Assembly: GCA_022843705.1 (NCBI GenBank) | Contig: JALHND010000003.1 | Coordinates: forward strand, 8,963-72,962 | Length of the DNA: 64,000 nucleotides | Direction: 5' to 3' | DNA from: Burkholderiales bacterium | Lineage (GTDB): Bacteria > Pseudomonadota > Gammaproteobacteria > Burkholderiales > SG8-41 | Shown here: positions 61,932-64,000 of the stretch, in pieces | Position numbering within the stretch: position 1 is the first letter of the stretch | Layout of the letters: each line of letters opens with the position of its first letter | Made by a program: the position numbers and the translations under genes | The notes under the pieces: generated by a model | What the model saw: only the letters and a program-made list of their open reading frames with translations | Told to the model about the DNA's origin: nothing | Databases searched by the model: none

Positions 61932-63767
61932 TCAAGATGCCTTCTTCAGCGGCACCACGCTGCGCGCGCCGGCATGCTGGGAGATCTGGTCGACGATGAA
62001 ACGCGCGGTGATCGGCGTGCCGTCGTAGTGCAGCACCGAAATCAGCCGCGCCGGGTTGATCTTGCCGTCGTTGACCAGCAGGGTTTTCAGCTGGGCGTCG
62101 CGGTTCTGCTCGATTACGAACACCCAGGGATGCGAGGCGACGAAGTCGGCGACTTCGTCGGCGAAGGGGAAGCCGCGCACCCTGAGCGCGTTGACGTGGA
62201 TGCCCTTCTCCGCCAGCAGGTCGAGCGCTTCTTGCATCGCCGGGCTGGTCGAGCCGTAGAAAATCGCGCCGAAACGCGCCGGCTTGTCGGCCGGGTAGAG
62301 CAGCGGTTTCGGCACCAGCGACTTCGCGGTCTCGAACTTGCGCATCAGGCGCTGCATGTTGTCGACGTAGTCGGGGCCGGCCTCTGAATACTGTGCGTAG
62401 CGGTTCTTGGTGGTGCCGCGGGTGAAATAGCCGCCCTTGGTCGGGTGGGTGCCGGGATAGGTGCGGAAGGGGATGCCGTCGCCGTCGACGTCGAGGTAAC
62501 GCCCGAAGTCGGCGCCGGCTTCCAGCCGTTCGTAGGTCATCACCTTGCCGCGGTCGTATTCCTTCGTGTCGTCCCAGGCGAAGGGGCGGCACAGCCGCGT
62601 GTTCATGCCGATGTCGAGGTCGGTCATCACGAACACCGGCGTCTGCAGGCGTTCGGCGATGTCGAAGGACTGCGCCGTCATCTCGAAACACTCGGTCGGG
62701 TCTTCCGGGAACAGAAGCGGGTGCTTGGTGTCGCCGTGCGAGGCATAGGCACAGGCCAGCACGTCGGACTGCTGGGTGCGCGTCGGCATGCCGGTCGAGG
62801 GGCCGCCGCGCTGCACGTCGACCAGCACCACCGGGATCTCGGCGAAATAGGCGAGACCGATGAACTCGGTCATCAGCGAGATGCCGGGGCCCGAGGTCGC
62901 GGTGAAGGCCCTTGCGCCGTTCCAGCCGGCGCCGATGGCGATGCCGATCGAGGCCAGCTCGTCCTCGCCCTGGATGATCGCGTACTTGTTCTTGCCGCTG
63001 TCGCCGTCCACGCGCAGCTTCTTGCAGTAGGCCATGAAGGCCTCGGCCACCGACGAGGACGGCGTGATCGGATACCAGGCGCAGACCGAGGCGCCGCCGT
63101 AGACGGCACCCAGTGCCACCGCGCTGTTGCCGTCGGCGAAGATGCGTTCGCCGACGTTGTCCGCGGCCTGGATGCGGATGCCCAGCGGGCAGGGCAGGTT
63201 TTTCAGCGCGTAGTCGCGCCCGAGCTGCAGCGCCTTGATGTTCGACTGCAGCAGCGCCTCCTTGCCCTTGTACTGCTCGGAGAACAATTGCTCGATGACC
63301 TTGGGATCGATTTCCAGCATCGCCGACAGCGCGCCGACGTAGATGATGTTCTTGAACAGCTGGCGCTGGCGCGGATCGCTGTAGGTGGTGTTGCAGATTT
63401 CCGTCAGCGGCATGCCGATGCGGGTGATGTCCGGGCGGAACTTGCTTTCGGGCAGCGGCTTGGAATTGTCGTAGAACAGGTAGCCGCCGGTCTCGATTTC
63501 CTTGAGATCGTTGTCCCAGGTCTGCGGGTTCATCGCCACCATCAGGTCGACGCCGCCGCGGCGGCCGAGGTAACCCTTCTCAGTGACCCTAACCTCGTAC
63601 CAGGTCGGCAGGCCCTGGATGTTCGAGGGGAAGATGTTGCGCGGGCTGACCGGCACGCCCATGCGCAGGATCGAGCGCGCGAACAGTTCATTGGCCGAGG
63701 CCGAGCCCGAGCCGTTGACGTTGGCGAACTTGACGACGAAATCGTTGGTGGCGGTGATGGGGGTCAT
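61932..63767 (-). CDS. korA: 2-oxoacid (2-oxoglutarate):ferredoxin oxidoreductase alpha subunit (gamma-alpha fusion)
   Basis: 611 aa. N-terminal gamma-type domain (FANVNGSGSASANELFARS), then an alpha domain (AWYPITPSS, ASIGIAIGAGWNGARAFTATSGPG). Confidence 0.9.
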   Translation of the reverse strand: MTPITATNDFVVKFANVNGSGSASANELFARSILRMGVPVSPRNIFPSNIQGLPTWYEVRVTEKGYLGRRGGVDLMVAMNPQTWDNDLKEIETGGYLFYDNSKPLPESKFRPDITRIGMPLTEICNTTYSDPRQRQLFKNIIYVGALSAMLEIDPKVIEQLFSEQYKGKEALLQSNIKALQLGRDYALKNLPCPLGIRIQAADNVGERIFADGNSAVALGAVYGGASVCAWYPITPSSSVAEAFMAYCKKLRVDGDSGKNKYAIIQGEDELASIGIAIGAGWNGARAFTATSGPGISLMTEFIGLAYFAEIPVVLVDVQRGGPSTGMPTRTQQSDVLACAYASHGDTKHPLLFPEDPTECFEMTAQSFDIAERLQTPVFVMTDLDIGMNTRLCRPFAWDDTKEYDRGKVMTYERLEAGADFGRYLDVDGDGIPFRTYPGTHPTKGGYFTRGTTKNRYAQYSEAGPDYVDNMQRLMRKFETAKSLVPKPLLYPADKPARFGAIFYGSTSPAMQEALDLLAEKGIHVNALRVRGFPFADEVADFVASHPWVFVIEQNRDAQLKTLLVNDGKINPARLISVLHYDGTPITARFIVDQISQHAGARSVVPLKKAS

Positions 63768-63826
63768 GGGTGATGTGTGAAATTCAGAACCTTTGGGTCA
63801 CAGGGGACACAGAGAAAAGCAAACTG

Positions 63827-63898
63827 ACAGGATGGACAGGATTTACAGGATAAAAACAACGCTCGCCTGATTCATCCTGTAAATCCTGTTCATCCTGT
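63827..63898. repeat. 25-bp near-perfect inverted repeat built of ACAGGAT units
   Basis: ACAGGATGGACAGGATTTACAGGAT (63827-63851) against the reverse complement of ATCCTGTAAATCCTGTTCATCCTGT (63874-63898). 24/25 match with a 22-nt loop. Lies upstream of korA. Confidence 0.8.
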
Positions 63899-63931
63899 TA
63901 ATTAATTGTCTTTTGATCCTGATTCAGAAGC

Positions 63932-64000
63932 TCAAGCCGCCTTGCGCTGCGGTTTGCGGCAGCCGGGGCCGGCGTGGGTCATCTCGATCAGGTACTTCTG
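63932..64000 (-). CDS. 3' end of an unidentified gene running off the window
   Basis: The minus strand reads ...QKYLIEMTHAGPGCRKPQRKAA-stop (TGA at 63934..63932). The GC3 pattern looks coding, but 22 codons are too few to name. Confidence 0.3.
   Translation of the reverse strand, partial: QKYLIEMTHAGPGCRKPQRKAA

Overview
GC-rich (roughly two-thirds G+C by eye), gene-dense chromosomal segment with betaproteobacterial gene content and order. I call about 60 protein genes and see no rRNA, tRNA, CRISPR array, transposase or integrase. Product calls rest on my recognition of conserved motifs in the supplied translations plus hand translation; no searches were run. Many long ORFs in the track are antisense shadows typical of high-GC DNA, and several track ORFs had to be trimmed to internal starts. 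The track also translates TTG/GTG starts as M. Most of the window is core housekeeping: mrdA-mreDCB divergent from gatCAB; pyrE; xthA; ampG; metXW; PTS EI/HPr/EIIA-Man with gshAB; a sigma54/NtrC-type controlled porin-glnK-amtB operon; ubiK; comM; metH; ndh; mpl; aroE; mtgA; icd; kup; korAB. The loci I consider worth a second look are: (1) an IorAB-type molybdoenzyme packed in one operon with SoxX, a SoxY homologue whose C-terminal arm is ...TELACLEG instead of GGCGG, and SoxZ, with SoxA downstream and no SoxB/SoxCD in view. (2) A small secreted two-cysteine peptide gene with its own sigma54 promoter and IHF-consensus site, inserted antisense between soxZ and soxA. (3) A metX leader whose intrinsic terminator abuts the start codon, suggesting a riboswitch or attenuator. 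(4) A 1.5-kaa hybrid histidine kinase containing four exact 390-bp-period PAS repeats, followed by an HD-GYP gene. (5) A ParE toxin flanked by two different antitoxin-type genes. (6) Several intergenic repeat families. I cannot show that any of these is truly undescribed, and each finding states the decisive check.
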